Under the pieces are notes generated by a model that was given only the letters and a program-made list of their open reading frames with translations, was not told the origin of the DNA and searched no databases. DNA of 63,569 nucleotides, counting the filler, from Olpidium bornovanus S191 (taxonomy: Eukaryota; Fungi; Olpidiomycota), in the NCBI GenBank assembly GCA_017911155.1. It is 24 parts of 24 records of this genome, joined end to end, with 100 filler letters (N's around TTAATTAATTAA, not from the genome) between each part and the next. Parts side by side here need not be neighbours in the genome. Positions count along the whole stretch, not along the records: positions 47,600 to 51,927 come from JAEFCI010004259.1; positions 52,028 to 54,739 come from JAEFCI010013253.1; positions 54,840 to 58,458 come from JAEFCI010000483.1; positions 58,559 to 60,535 come from JAEFCI010000515.1; 20 more parts are not named here. One strand, given 5' to 3'. Positions 47,713-59,860 of this stretch are shown piece by piece. The translations under genes were made by a program, and so were the position numbers. Each line of letters begins with the position of its first letter. The first letter of the stretch is position 1.

Positions 47713-48066
47713 CTACATGGAGTATCTGCATCCGCCGGCTAAGCGGAAGCCCCGGCAGCAAGCAGAACGTCGACGCTTTTTGGTTTTGTTTGGCCGCGGA
47801 GGCGCACAGCCAAGGTCAGGGCAACGGGGGGGCAGAAGATCAGGAAAAAAAAAAAGGAAAAAAGAAAACGGACGACAGCGCGAACGGAAAAAACGTACAC
47901 GAACGCAGCACGCCCGGTAATTACAAGCGCGCCTGAAGAGTCCCAGGCCGAACTGGGGCTCCGGGAGCGCTTCTGGCTCGGCCAGGGCCGCGGCGTTCGC
48001 TCCGGCGAAAAAGAAGAGCGAGGCCAGCGGGACGAGAACGACGAGGAGGAAGGCCGGGCGCCGCAT
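47713..48066 (-). CDS. Small secreted peptide precursor: signal peptide + xP/xA dipeptide pro-region + Gln-initiated mature peptide
   Basis: MRRPAFLLVVLVPLASLFFFAGANA|AALAEPEALPEP|QFGLGLF... The 3' part probably contains an intron (candidate donors GCGCGC, GTAATT or GTACGT; acceptor TTAG near 47740), so the C-terminus is uncertain. Confidence 0.7.
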   Translation of the reverse strand: MRRPAFLLVVLVPLASLFFFAGANAAALAEPEALPEPQFGLGLFRRACNYRACCVRVRFFRSRCRPFSFFLFFFPDLLPPRCPDLGCAPPRPNKTKKRRRSACCRGFRLAGGCRYSM

Positions 48067-48908
48067 TTGGTAGTGCAGGGCTCGGCTATAAAAAACAACC
48101 AGCGCGGGGGTCGAAGTTCGGGTTTTATTTTCCCAGTTACGCGGCCGCTGGGAGCGACTCGGCGAAAAAATCAATGCGCGGTTTGGGGGCCGGGTGGGGG
48201 GAACGGCGCTGCCGTGGCGGATCGGGTTTCTGCGCCGGGGAACCCGCGCGCGCGGCTTCTTTAAACGGGACGTTCGGGGGATGGGGGGGGGGGGGGGGTG
48301 GGGGGGGGGGGGGGAGCGCTCGGCCGACGACGGGAAACATCGGCGTTAGGCTTTGCGCTGCTCGGCACCGATCGCCGATTCTCTCTCGGGCGCGGGCGGG
48401 AAGCATGATGCGGCTCCCTGGCGAAGCGAAATGCGGCGGGTTTTGGAGGGGAAGCCTGTTTTACGCCGGCTCGCCGCCAAGCCGGCGGCCTCGGTGGCGC
48501 GAGGAGGCAAAGCGAGGCAAGGCGAAGTTAAGCGAAAGAAAAACGAAAAAGAAAACCAAAAAATAGGGAAAAAAAGAAAAAGCAAAAAGGACCAGCGTTT
48601 TCAGACGGCGGCGAAACGGCCCCCCGGGGCGCGGAGGTTGGTGGTGCGGGGCAGAGCTCAAGGCGGTTTTGCGGAAATTCGACCTCGATTGACCGCTCTC
48701 CCGCCCTCGACCCCCCCTTCCCCCCCTCCCCTCCCCCCCCTTGTGAAGAGTTCCTGGGGAGGGGGAGGCGACGGGACGGATGGGGCGAACGGGTGCGGGG
48801 TTTGGAGGGGAAGGAGGGGCTGCTCCGGTGCCCCGCTGGAGGCCCCTCCCAACCACGGGCGTCCTCTTCCCCCCCACCCCCCAGGTACCCTTTTCCGCGA
48901 GAGAGAGC

Positions 48909-48950
<42 letters not shown>

Positions 48951-51900
48951 CGGAACCACTGTAGCGGCGTGCCGCGCCTCTTCTCGCCGCCCGGACGCCA
49001 GGACACCAGGACCCCAGGAGCTTGGCGCGACGCCCCCCGGCGCCCTCCCTCTTGTTTTTGAATCCGAAACGGGGCAAAGAAACCATACAAGCCCCCCTCC
49101 CGGCGCCCGTCTGAGGTCTCGAGAAAGGGAGCCGGACGGGCAAGCGTCCCGCGGCGGTAAAACCCGGAACCTTCCACCCTTTCCCTCCCCCCCCTCCTGA
49201 AAGGAAGGACAGGGAGGAAGGAAGGAAGGAAAAAAAAATATTTGCGGCCCGCGCGGAACAAGTCTGCGGCGCGCAGGCGGAACGAGTGGGACCGGGAGGA
49301 CCTTCAACTCGCAGCGGGAGATAATGAGATGGAGAGAGAGAGAGAGGGCTGAGCGTAGGCTCTCGTCCTCTCCACCAACAAGAATATTGCAAGAGCGATC
49401 GCTTCACAAATCATAACGGTCTAAAGTAAGACGCGAAATGAAGACTTTCCAGAGCGCGGGAACTGCTCCCGGGGTACACGGCGGCACCCCGCGGCCGCCG
49501 GCCGCCTCGCTGAGCGCACGGGCCGAACGGGAACGCTTCGCTTTATTGCGTTTTCAAGCGGCTTTTCCGACGCGCGGTCAAATATGCAGCCATCGACGAA
49601 GGCCGTACGATTGCCGGCCCCAAGCGTATCCAAAAATTGTGTGCAAACCGCTTTGATGAGGTCACCCCAAGACGTTTAACGCCGCCGTCGAACAGGTGAT
49701 GCTAAGAACCGGGCAGCACGTCGCCCGCAATCGTCGCGTTTCGCCGCGCTCATTCTCACCGCCGTTTTGCGCCGCATCGCACTCGAAGCCTTTGGCGCAG
49801 TGGGAAAGGGCGAAGCGACGCCAGCAGCTCCATGACACCTGCGGTGGAGGGCGCGGGGGGGATCGTGCGCGCTGTTGCTCATGTGACGTGATATCAACCA
49901 CCATCAGGACAAAAAGCAAGACGCGAGTTTTCGAAAGGCAACGAGGGAAATGCCGGACAACAAAGTCTTCAACGCTTAATTTCAAGGAGACGTAACGCCA
50001 TTATTCATTTACCTGACGGCCCGCCCTGAACGCAGTTTGCAGGCGTCCCACACCGTTCGCCATACTTTCATTTCAACTCCTCCGATGTGCACATCTGTTC
50101 TGCTAGTTTTCCGGCTACGGGACCGCGTCTGAGGATGATTGTGTCACCTTGGCCTCGGGTCCAACATTTTGGGCATTTCGTTTTTTTGGAAAAAATGAGC
50201 ATTGACCATCCGTCTACCCTTCCCCCCCCTCGTAACCCTGACGGCGGTTTTGGGGGTTCCGCAATGGGGTCATCTGGAACCGCGCCACCGTTCAAATTTT
50301 CAAACCGTGCGCCCTTTCAGGTTCCTCTTCATACTCTTCATACTGTGTGTGTTCATGGCAATGGACAGAGAGAGAGAGAGATAGAGAGGCGCACCGAGCT
50401 CGCGCCCGCAATGCACCCGCTTTCAACTTCAACTTTTTCTTTCGCCCACGTCGGTCCGCTATCGCGAACAGGCGTCGTGACCAGCGACCGGGGCCCGCTT
50501 CCCCGCCCGCCCGCCCGGAGCCAACGCCCTCCTGCGTCGGGGTGCTCCGCCGACGGAAGCCTGACGTTTTCTGCAGCGGCGAAAAACGGGGACGCGTTTC
50601 CAGCGGTGTTGCGGGGCAGTCTCGATCGGCTCCGCCCCCCGACCCCGGCCCCGCCCGGGGAAGTCTAAACGTTGTCCGGGAGACTAAGGTCCGCTCGACG
50701 AAAAACGGAGGAAGGCGCGCGCAATGGCTCGCCGGCCTCCAACCGCTGCCCCTTCCGCGTCGCTTCATCGTAGTTTCGTAGGCGTCGCCGTTTGACCCCG
50801 CAGTCCTGGCACGCAGAGATACCGCTTGGAGCTCAGCGTAGGCGAGGTGTTTGTACTCGGACAATTCGTCTCTACCGTCGTTCGGGCGGCCGCGGTTTGC
50901 GTTCTCTCGCCTGCCCGTCTTCCTTTGTAACCGTATTTTTTCGTTCGCGGGACCTTTTTTTTCCCCTGAGTTCTTTTCCGAATGATGGCACGTGGTGCCG
51001 ACAGGTTTGTCGGTCTGCGCGCGGCGGCCGTTGAGCGCTCAGTCAGGAAGGGACAAATTAGGAAAGGGAGCGAGTGGCGGAGGGTGAGAGACAAAAGGCT
51101 CGAGCCTGGCCAAAAAAACGTATTTGCGCGTGACGCCGGGCCATCGAACATTCTATTTTTGCGGGTTCCTTGACGCTAACTTTCGTCGGCGACGTGAAAG
51201 CGTCAACGACAGGAACCCTACCCTCCGCGCTGACGCCGACGCGCAGCGCGAGAGGAGGCCCTGACGGCGCCGAGGACATCTTCAGCTGGCTCCGCCGGTC
51301 GTGCCTCGGCGTCTCCATGGGTCAAAAACGCTGCGCCGCATCGCCGCATTTTGCTTCTGCCGGCAATTTTTGCGGGTGGTGCTCAATGGTGGTTAATTGC
51401 GTGACTCGCCGAGCGCGTGGCGCGGAGGAATGGGGTCGGGGAAGGGGGGGGAAGGGGGGGGGTAAGGGATTGGGGCATTACGCAGCAAAAGTTTCCTTTT
51501 TAAGTTTTTTATAGGTTTTTTTTTACATCGCGGTCATTATGCTTTAGCCCGGAAACACGTTTCAAACCGATATGCGGGTTCCTATAAGATCTTTTTTCCC
51601 ACTTTTATTTGCCCGCTTCTCCATTCCTCCCCGCCACACAACCCTCCAGCATAAACTTGCATCGGCGCGTTTACACCGGCCATTGGACAGTACATCTCAT
51701 GCGCATCTCATCTCAAAGAGCACGCGTGGCAAACGATCTGCGACCTGGGTCAGTCAACTCCGCTAGTCCGTTGACAAGAACCGCGAATTTCGTCGGCCGC
51801 CGTCTGCATGGTGGCGAAACGTCCGCACGCGCGCCGATGGAAATTCCGGCGCTGAAAAAAAAACGCGCCATAAGAGCGTCTGCCGTCACTTTTCCCGGCC

Positions 51901-53046
51901 AGACCGGCAAAAATAAGACGTGACCCANNNNNNNNNNNNNNNNNNNNNNNNNNNNNNNNNNNNNNNNNNNNTTAATTAATTAANNNNNNNNNNNNNNNNN
52001 NNNNNNNNNNNNNNNNNNNNNNNNNNNCACGTGACCACAGATACATTCCACCTTCCCTCTTCCGATTTTTTCCCGTAACTCCCATTTTTACGCCTCGGCC
52101 CTGCGTGGCGCCGGGAACCCGAATCGACCGCACGCGTTTCTTGCGGTGCTCCGATCACAGGGATGTGCCGGGCGACCGGGTGGACAAATGACGTGCTCGA
52201 TCCGGGAAGTGTTAAAGCAGAAAGGAGAGCAGCTCAAGGCGACCTTGCTCGCAAAATCCCTTCAAAAGTGAGTGGTTCTACGAGTTCGTCTACATACAGC
52301 GTTCCGGTGGCAGCACCAGCCACTCAGCCGGTGAGACAAGCGGCACCTAGGATTAACACTGCTCCGGCTGTTGTATTGGATGCCAGAATTCCTTCTGCTT
52401 CTGGTAGAACGCCAATTCAACACACAGCAGACCAGAGATATAATAATTATATCGTACGACTCCCTTTGGTTGAGTATAGCTTAATATAAAGTAACTGTAT
52501 TTGAACGAATCCTTTATAATAGCAATATATTAAAACAGCCCCAACAGCTCCTGATGTCCGGCAAAGAGTATGTGCTTGGACTAATGAACTGCTTGTTCTT
52601 GTATCATTACACGACATTATACCATTCTCACTTTGTCTCACGTGGCGCACGTTGGCTCCACCGGCGAGGGGCGGGACTGGTCAACCAGCTGATGTTTGCC
52701 ACCGCGTCGTTCCCCCATTCTTTCCTTTCCCCACCCTTTTCCCTCGGCAGCAACGGGGGGTCCTCTCGGGGGAAATAATAAAATAAAAAACCAAGGGCAA
52801 ACAAGAAATAAAAAAAATCTCATTCTCGACGCCACGCACACACGCACGTCCCCTATGTCGGCGCTCGCTGCCGCGTGGCGCACCACCACCACCACCCGCC
52901 TCCGGCGGGTCGCCTCCACTTTTGCGGGAAAGCGGCGCGGCCTTGGCCCCCAACGCGGGAACGGCGAGCCAGCGACTCTCCCTCTTCATCTCTCTTCTTC
53001 GGCGGAGACGCGTCTCCTTCATCCGTCCGCGAAACCAACCCGCGCC

Positions 53047-54457
53047 ATGGCAACCGTTGCCGGTGGTACGTTCGGGAGGCCGGCGCGCGCCGCGTCCGTC
53101 CACTTGCTGACCACCTCCCGCCCCTTGATTGCGAGCGCATAAAAAAAGAACGGTGAGAAAAGGAAAAAAAAAAAATAACCTCCCCGTTCAATTTTGAAAA
53201 GGGAAGAGCCTCCTCGTTTCGCCGTCGTGGGTGGCGTCGAAGATACTCGGCGGCGCCTCGCGCGCCGGTGACGTCGTGGTCCTGGACGGGTCGTGGGCCA
53301 TGCCGGCGTCAAGCCGCAACACGCGAGCCGAATTCATCCAGAAGAGGCTGCCTGTATGCCGCGCGTTTTGGGAGGGGCCCGTGGGCGAGGAAGGCATTGT
53401 TCCCGTGCCGTCTGGCGTGTCAGGCGGGCCCGGCCATGAGTCTTACAAGCTCGAATTTTTGTTTTGCTGGGTCGCGCACGCGCCATGCCAGACCGCCCGT
53501 TTCTTCGACATTGACGAGATCAAGGACCGGAACACCGACCTGCCCCACATGCTGCCTACCGCCGAGGAGTTCGCCGCTGCAGTCGGTTCGTATTTTTCTT
53601 CCTGATTCTGTCGTTCATGCGCCGTTTTTTTTCTTCCCCCTCTTTTTTGGCTTAAAGCGGGGCGGGGGGAGGGGGGGAAGGAGCGAAACTGGCCCTGACC
53701 TCCGCGATACCGACACCAGCCAAGTTCGGCGTGCGCCCCGAGAGCCACATAGTGGTCTACGATTCGGCGGGCGCTTTTTCTGCCTGTCGAGTGTATTGGA
53801 CGTTCCGCGCCTTCAACCACCTCGGCCCGCTGTCTATCCTGGACGGTGGCCTGCCTGCCTGGGTCCGGGAGGGCCACCCGGTCGCCTCGGGACCTGAAGA
53901 CGTCGTCGAGACGGCGCCAGTTGAGGACCTCCGCAGAACGTACAAACTGAACGGCGACCTGGTGCGAACGTACGACCAGGTAGTCCGGAACATTTCGGCG
54001 CGGAGCGAGCAGGTGGTCGACGCGAGATCGAGCGGACGGTTTTCCGGGGCGGAACCGGAACCCAGACAGGGACTCTCGTCGGGACATATCCCGGGCGCCC
54101 TGTCTGTGCCCTACGGTTCCGTCCTCCTGAACCCGGAATCACCGGACGGCTCGAAGTTTCGGGACCCGCGAGACATCGAGCGCGTGTTCAAGGAAAGCGG
54201 TGTTGACATGAGCAAGCCGGTGATCACGTCTTGCGGTGAGCGTCGTCCTAAGGCGGCTGCGCTGACGTCGGCTCCGTCCTTTTTGCCGGGCACATTGATT
54301 TGATTTTTTTTTTTGGGATGCTTTAGGCTCCGGCATCACTGCATCTGTCTTGTTTGTGGCGCTTGAGCTCGCGGGGGCCAAGGTACCTGTTTCCGTTTAC
54401 GACGGGTCGTGGACAGAGTATGCCGGAATGCCGGGAAGCGCTATCGCGAAGACGTGA
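53047..54457 (+). CDS. MPST: 3-mercaptopyruvate sulfurtransferase / rhodanese (TUM1/MPST), apparently complete
   Basis: Exons 53047-53065, 53202-53353, 53492-53585, 53720-54235 and 54327-54457. Motifs LDGSWAMP, ARFFDID, PHMLPT, VVYD, LDGGLPAW, DARSSGRF, GHIPGA, the active-site loop CGSGITA, and YDGSWTEY. Confidence 0.96.
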
Positions 54458-56977
54458 AGTGACGAGCCGGGCAAGTGTGGGGTTTGTTTTGTTTTCAGGA
54501 ACGGCACTGACAGCAGCTTCTAAGCAAATGCAATAGAGTCGTATTTTCAGAGTGGAACATTTTCCGTTTGTCGGTCAGGAGTAGAGCGTGGCATCCCGGA
54601 ATTACCGTTGTGGTCCTCTGCCACCAAAATGATGTCTTGCAACTGCATTGTACACTTCATTTCTGACGTAGTCTGGACGCTACAGCAGGTGGATGGCAAT
54701 GTCACTGGATGAGGCTAACGGGGAGGCTTTTAGGGTCGGNNNNNNNNNNNNNNNNNNNNNNNNNNNNNNNNNNNNNNNNNNNNTTAATTAATTAANNNNN
54801 NNNNNNNNNNNNNNNNNNNNNNNNNNNNNNNNNNNNNNNCGGACTTTGGTGTTTTCTTGGCGGCGCGGCCCGGCGTTGTTTTTGCGGGCGTCCTCCTCGC
54901 GGTCTGCCTCGGCGTGTTGACGACGGTGCGCACCATTCCTGCGGCGGGCGGGCGGGCGGGGAGGCGGCGGGGTTTCCCCCCGTATCTTTTCGGACTTTTG
55001 CGACGTCACGAGCGCGCGGCGCTCCGGGCGGGGAGGAGCGGGCCGGTTTTTTTTTGGTTTTTTTTTTTTTTTTTTTTTTTTGTTTGCTTTGCCCCACTCC
55101 GTTTCCCCCCGCTCCGCCCCGCGCTCGGCACCCGACGAAAAAGCAAGCAGAATGCCCGGCAGGCCCTGCCGTCGCCAAAACGGAGCCGTCCCAGGCTCAC
55201 CGATCCTCTCGCCGGCGCCCCTCTCAGACGCGTGATGCGGAACGATAAGGGTCCTCTCCGCGGTTTTCGTCGAAACGTGGTCTTCTGCCAGGCGGTGACG
55301 TGGCCGGCGTTCGGACGTTTCGCTCGCCCGTGCCCTGACGTATTATATCAACAAAAAAAAAAAATACCCAAGCGGTCGGAAAGTTCCTACCCGCACAGAC
55401 AAGAGTCACACGTTGCAGCCTCCCGCCCAGTGACTGGAACACCGTGACAAGTGTTTCACGGAATTTGATCTAGCACGTGACTCCTGCTGCGTGTCCAGTG
55501 CGCGCTCGACCGGCGGACGCGCAGTTAGTTTGCTTCTGCTGTCGGGCACGGAGAATCTTGATCTTGTTACCAGTCTGGAATCAACAGGCGATTCGGTCTT
55601 CGACTGGCGAGTTTTTCCCAATGCCGGTATTCGCGTATCCCGGGCCTTGCAGCAAGCACCGCGCAAGGCTCCTGGAGGAAGGGCAAAGTAGGGTGGTAGG
55701 GGCGTACACGGCGGCTACCGTGGAATGCACCTGACATTCCGTATACTGAGATGCGGGTAAAAGGTCCCGGGCGTGGGCGGAGGGCCGGAAAGCGGGGCAA
55801 CTTCGTTGTTTTTCCCTTTCGGTCGCGGCGGCTTTGGAGCGGCTGGCCTTTGGCGTCGGCGCTGGCTCTCGCCATGCATCGCAGCCCAGGCTGCGTGTTT
55901 GGAAGAACAACAGAGGGACGGCGGGCGCGGAGGCAGGAAGGAAGTCCGAACAAGAAAGAGCCAATGGAACGAGTCCGCGCGGGAACGGGGAGGGAGCCCC
56001 CACCAACGTAGCAGACGCCGCTCTCTCCCTGAAAAGGCCACGAAACCCACGACGAAAGAAGCGACGGATTTTTAAAAGTTTTTTTTTTTTCGTTTTCTTT
56101 ATATATACAGTAGAACCTGTCTAAACAAATACTGCGGGGACCGGGAAAATTTTTTGATATTTGTCGCGGGCGGAGGGCTTGCCGGTCGAAAATCAAAACA
56201 AAACGTCCCCTTCCACCCCCATTCACCTTTTTCCACACACCACCAAAATGCCCAGGAGTGGAGCACGGCATACAACAGTGTCGGACAAGGTCCGCATCGC
56301 CCTCTGTGCGCACAAGAAAAAACACCCTTCCCTCACACAAAATGAACTCAAAGAATGGCTGGTAACAGAACATAACATTGCCGTTAGCCAGTCCGCCATC
56401 TTCTACAACGTTCACATGAGTTGCTGCCAAAAGCCAACGGTGTTAATCTTTCCGGCAAACGCCGTCGTACAGTGAAACACCCACAAATGGAGCAAGCTCT
56501 GGCGGAGTGGTTCATGGCAAATCAGGATCAAGTCAACATGAGCGGTTGGTCTGCTCAAGGAGAATGCGGCAAAACGTTTGGATCACTTTTGTCCGGACCA
56601 CGATCCGTTCGAATTCTTAAACGGATGGCTTGAGGCTTTCAAGCTGCGACATGAAATCCGCTCTTTCCTCCGCTTTGGTGAGAGCGAATCCGCCGACAGC
56701 GCCCAAAAATCAAGAAAGTTCTCGACAAGTTTGAGTGGCGCGACATCTACAACATGGATGAGACAGGATCCTACCGAATGCAGGTTGGTGGTGTTCCAAT
56801 GGAATTTCATCCACCATATTTCATTCACCAAACCTTTTTTAGCAGACAATTCTCTTGCGACAAAGCAACTCGAGGGCAGAAAAGTGAACAAGGAGCAATT
56901 GACGCTTGCAGTCTGCTGCAACGGTGACGGTTCCGACAAAGTTTCGCTCTGGATCATTGGAAAATCGAAAAGCCCCC

Positions 56978-57507
56978 TGTGGAGGTTTTATCGGCGGTGT
57001 GTCGGCGCCCGCAGGGGGATGTGGTCCTACCGGCGCTGAGACGTGTATTACTAAAGTACCAGTACACGTGGAAGGAGCGGTTCATCGATGGACACGCGTG
57101 GTGGTGCTGAGTATCGGTGGGAGACGACGAGTGGGGAGGGAGAGCACCCGAAGGGAAAACCCTTTTCGGGGAGAGGAGGGGGGGAGTTCTTTTAACCGGG
57201 GGAGGGTCGGAATGGGGGGTGGGGCGGGGACGAGCTCTCATGACGCGACGGGTTACAGGCCGGTGAGTGGCCATTTCGGGACGTGTTCCAATTAATTCCC
57301 CCTTCGCCCAGCGCGCGATTTCCTCTCGAGGGGGGGGGGGGGAGGGGGGGGGGAAAGGGGGGGGGCCCCCCGGCGGTTTTTTTTGGGGGGGGGGGGGGGG
57401 AGGGGGATGTGTAACGATGGCAGCTCCCCGGACGTATTGATTATCGGTGGGGTACGGTGGGACGCATACGAATACCGTCCACCCGCAAGGGTGAGAGCCG
57501 CTCCACA
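56978..57507. mobile_element. Solo-LTR-like insertion (530 bp) in the pogo transposase
   Basis: Inverted termini TGTGGAG...CTCCACA with 4-bp flanks CCCC/CCGC. Removing it restores GKSKSPRCFKN. Confidence 0.8.
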
Positions 57508-57641
57508 CCGCGCTGCTTTAAAAAATATCAACATCGACAACCTTGGTTGCAAATATCGACGCAACGCAAAAGCCTGGATGACACAGGTCATTTTTCTGGA
57601 GTGGCTGAAGGCGTTCGACAACCACATGGTAGACCGAAATG

Positions 57642-57923
57642 TGGTGGGGGCCGCTCCGCAAGACACCGAGTTCCCATGGCGAGCCATAAATAGAGATAGA
57701 CGAACGCCCTTACGGGCTATTGTATTGGCCAGTGAGCTAGCGCCATGCAGTAGCAGGGCGGACCCAGTGGGTCCCTCGGGGCTGTGTTGGCCCCGGAGCG
57801 GTGGCCTCCGGGGCTGTGTTGGCATCGGGGGGTGGTAAATGACCTATGGTCCGGGTGGGGACCCCGGCTCCGCCCGGATTCCGCCCAGGTTCCACACACC
57901 CCCACTCTCTCTCGCCCCCAACA
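57642..57923. mobile_element. Solo-LTR-like insertion (282 bp) in the pogo transposase
   Basis: Termini TGGTGGGGG...CCCCCAACA (8/9 inverted match) with a perfect 4-bp TSD AATG. Removing it restores DRNVLLVLDN. Confidence 0.85.
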
Positions 57924-58668
57924 AATGTTCTGCTTGTTCTCGACAATTGCAATGCGCACATGCGCACATTCTCCTGGAGGACCTCCCGAAGCATATCAAC
58001 CTAAGGAACACCGCCGTTTTCTACCTTCCGGCAAACACCACATCTAAGCGGCAGCCCTGCGATGCTGTAATAATCCGTAACTTAAAAGCGTATTACTGCA
58101 GCATTTCGAAGACGGAGTTGGGGACCCAGAGGAGATATCTGTCCTTGATGCAATTCGGATGGTTGTTCCGGCGTGGGCAAACGACGTCCAATCGACAACA
58201 ATCGCCAACTGCTTCCGGCATTGCAACATTCGAACTGTCCCAGGGGTGCATAACCAGGTGAACGTAGACAACTTGCTGGACGAGATTGTTGTTATCGAGC
58301 TAGAGCAACAGATCGCAAGGCTTCGCTTTCGCAACCCCATGGACGTGCGAAACCTACTTAACTAGGTTGTTGCGCACGTTCCAACCCTCGACGATATCGT
58401 CGACGGCCAAATGGATGACTTCGACCAAGACAACAACCCTACCAATGATGAAGATGACNNNNNNNNNNNNNNNNNNNNNNNNNNNNNNNNNNNNNNNNNN
58501 NNTTAATTAATTAANNNNNNNNNNNNNNNNNNNNNNNNNNNNNNNNNNNNNNNNNNNNCGCGAAGACCGCGAACGACGGGGACGGCGAACATCCGCGTGA
58601 AAGCGGAGCAAACAAATATAAGAACCTGCTGCATCAAAGCCGGTGAGAAGACTTTCTCCAAAACGTAC

Positions 58669-59428
58669 AGTAGACATGTCGGCCAGCACGCTTGCGACAA
58701 AATGGTATTCCGCGTTTTCGTTGTACGCCCTTCCGGCGCCTTTGACAAAAAGTTCCACGAGCAAGTCCGCCACGCGAGGGCTCGAGCTGAGAGTGGGTAC
58801 CGGCTCCCGCGAACGGTTGACAAGTTTGGCCGCTATCGGCTCGTGCTTAGACAAGTTCGAAAGCAGCATGGTCGCAAGCTCCGCTAACGGGTTTTTCGAA
58901 TCCTGGGAAACACCGTGAAGCTTGGTCAGCTCCGAGAACCCCGTTTGAACTCGACGTTAACCCGGGCGCAAAACCGCCGACGCCTGCAAATCGTCCTTCC
59001 CCCACCCCATCTCCCGTCCACCCCCACCGTCATTATGCTGAGGATGGCGTCGAGGAACGCGGTGTCGTCAGCTTGGGCTTTAAACTCCTCCTCCGGCGAA
59101 AGGTTGATGAAGGCGGCGATGGCATCGTGGGCGGTGGCCTGAATAAAAGCGCACCGGCGCACGTCAGCACCCGGTAAGCGCGTTATGAAACTGCCGCCCG
59201 CCGCCGCTGCCGCCGCCGCCGCCGCGCGAGAGCGGAGGAAGTGGGACAAACCGGCGGGTCGGCACACAGGTTCTTGAGCGACCGCGCGACCGAAGGCGCG
59301 TGCTGCTTGAGCACGGGCAGACAGCCTGCGGCCGGCGAGGTAAACGAGAGGACGTGGTTGGCGGCGACGCGGCGCACGTCCGGGTTCGCGTCGTCCAGGA
59401 AGGCGAGCAGCTCCACCAGCTGCTCCAT
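58669..59428 (-). CDS. HGH1: Hgh1/FAM203 (eEF2 chaperone), N-terminal three exons
   Basis: Exons 59428-59252, 59138-59028 and 58902-58669 read MEQLVELLAFLDDANPDVRRVA...HDAIAAFINLS...ELATMLLSNLSK...YNENAEYHFVASVLADMST. Confidence 0.9.
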
Positions 59429-59547
59429 GTGTTTCGGCGGGCGCGCGCGAGAGAGGAGAGGCGCGCGGCGGACAGGCGGCTGCGAAAGACGCGACGAAGC
59501 CGGGGGCGGGCGGACGACGGAAAGAGGCGAGTGGCGGGGGGGGGGGG

Positions 59548-59599
<52 letters not shown>

Positions 59600-59814
59600 G
59601 GGGGGGAGGGGGGGGGGGGGGGGCGAGGGAAGACGGCGCTCGGCTGGGCCCAGGGGGAAATTCCCCCGACCGGCGAGCGAGCGCGCGGCTTCAAGGGGCC
59701 CCATGGCAACGCGGCCGTCATCTGCGCGAACTGCGGATCCCAGACTGGCCGCAACCACCGGGAAAACGCCGGCGGCTTTGCAGAGGGCTGGAATGGGGAA
59801 CGGAGGGGGAGGGG

Positions 59815-59860
<46 letters not shown>

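Larger units (their letters stand above)
56108..58458 (+). mobile_element. pogo/Tigger-like (CENP-B HTH + DDE_1) DNA transposon, pseudogenised; right end beyond the contig
   Basis: TA|CAGTAGAACCT left TIR at 56108 and ATG at 56248. Motifs HP-x-ME-x-AL-x-EW, NGWLEAFKLRH, IYNMDETG, CCNGDGSDK, WIIGKSKSP/RCFKN, KAWMT, LLVLDNC, YLPANTTSKRQPCD and TIANCF, with several frameshifts and two insertions. Confidence 0.93.

Noticed and set aside
49420-51280. Possible multi-exon minus-strand gene (MSSAPSGPP...; VWRTVWDACK...; VEDFVVRHFPRC...)
   Set aside because: The exon chain could not be closed and no domain was recognised.
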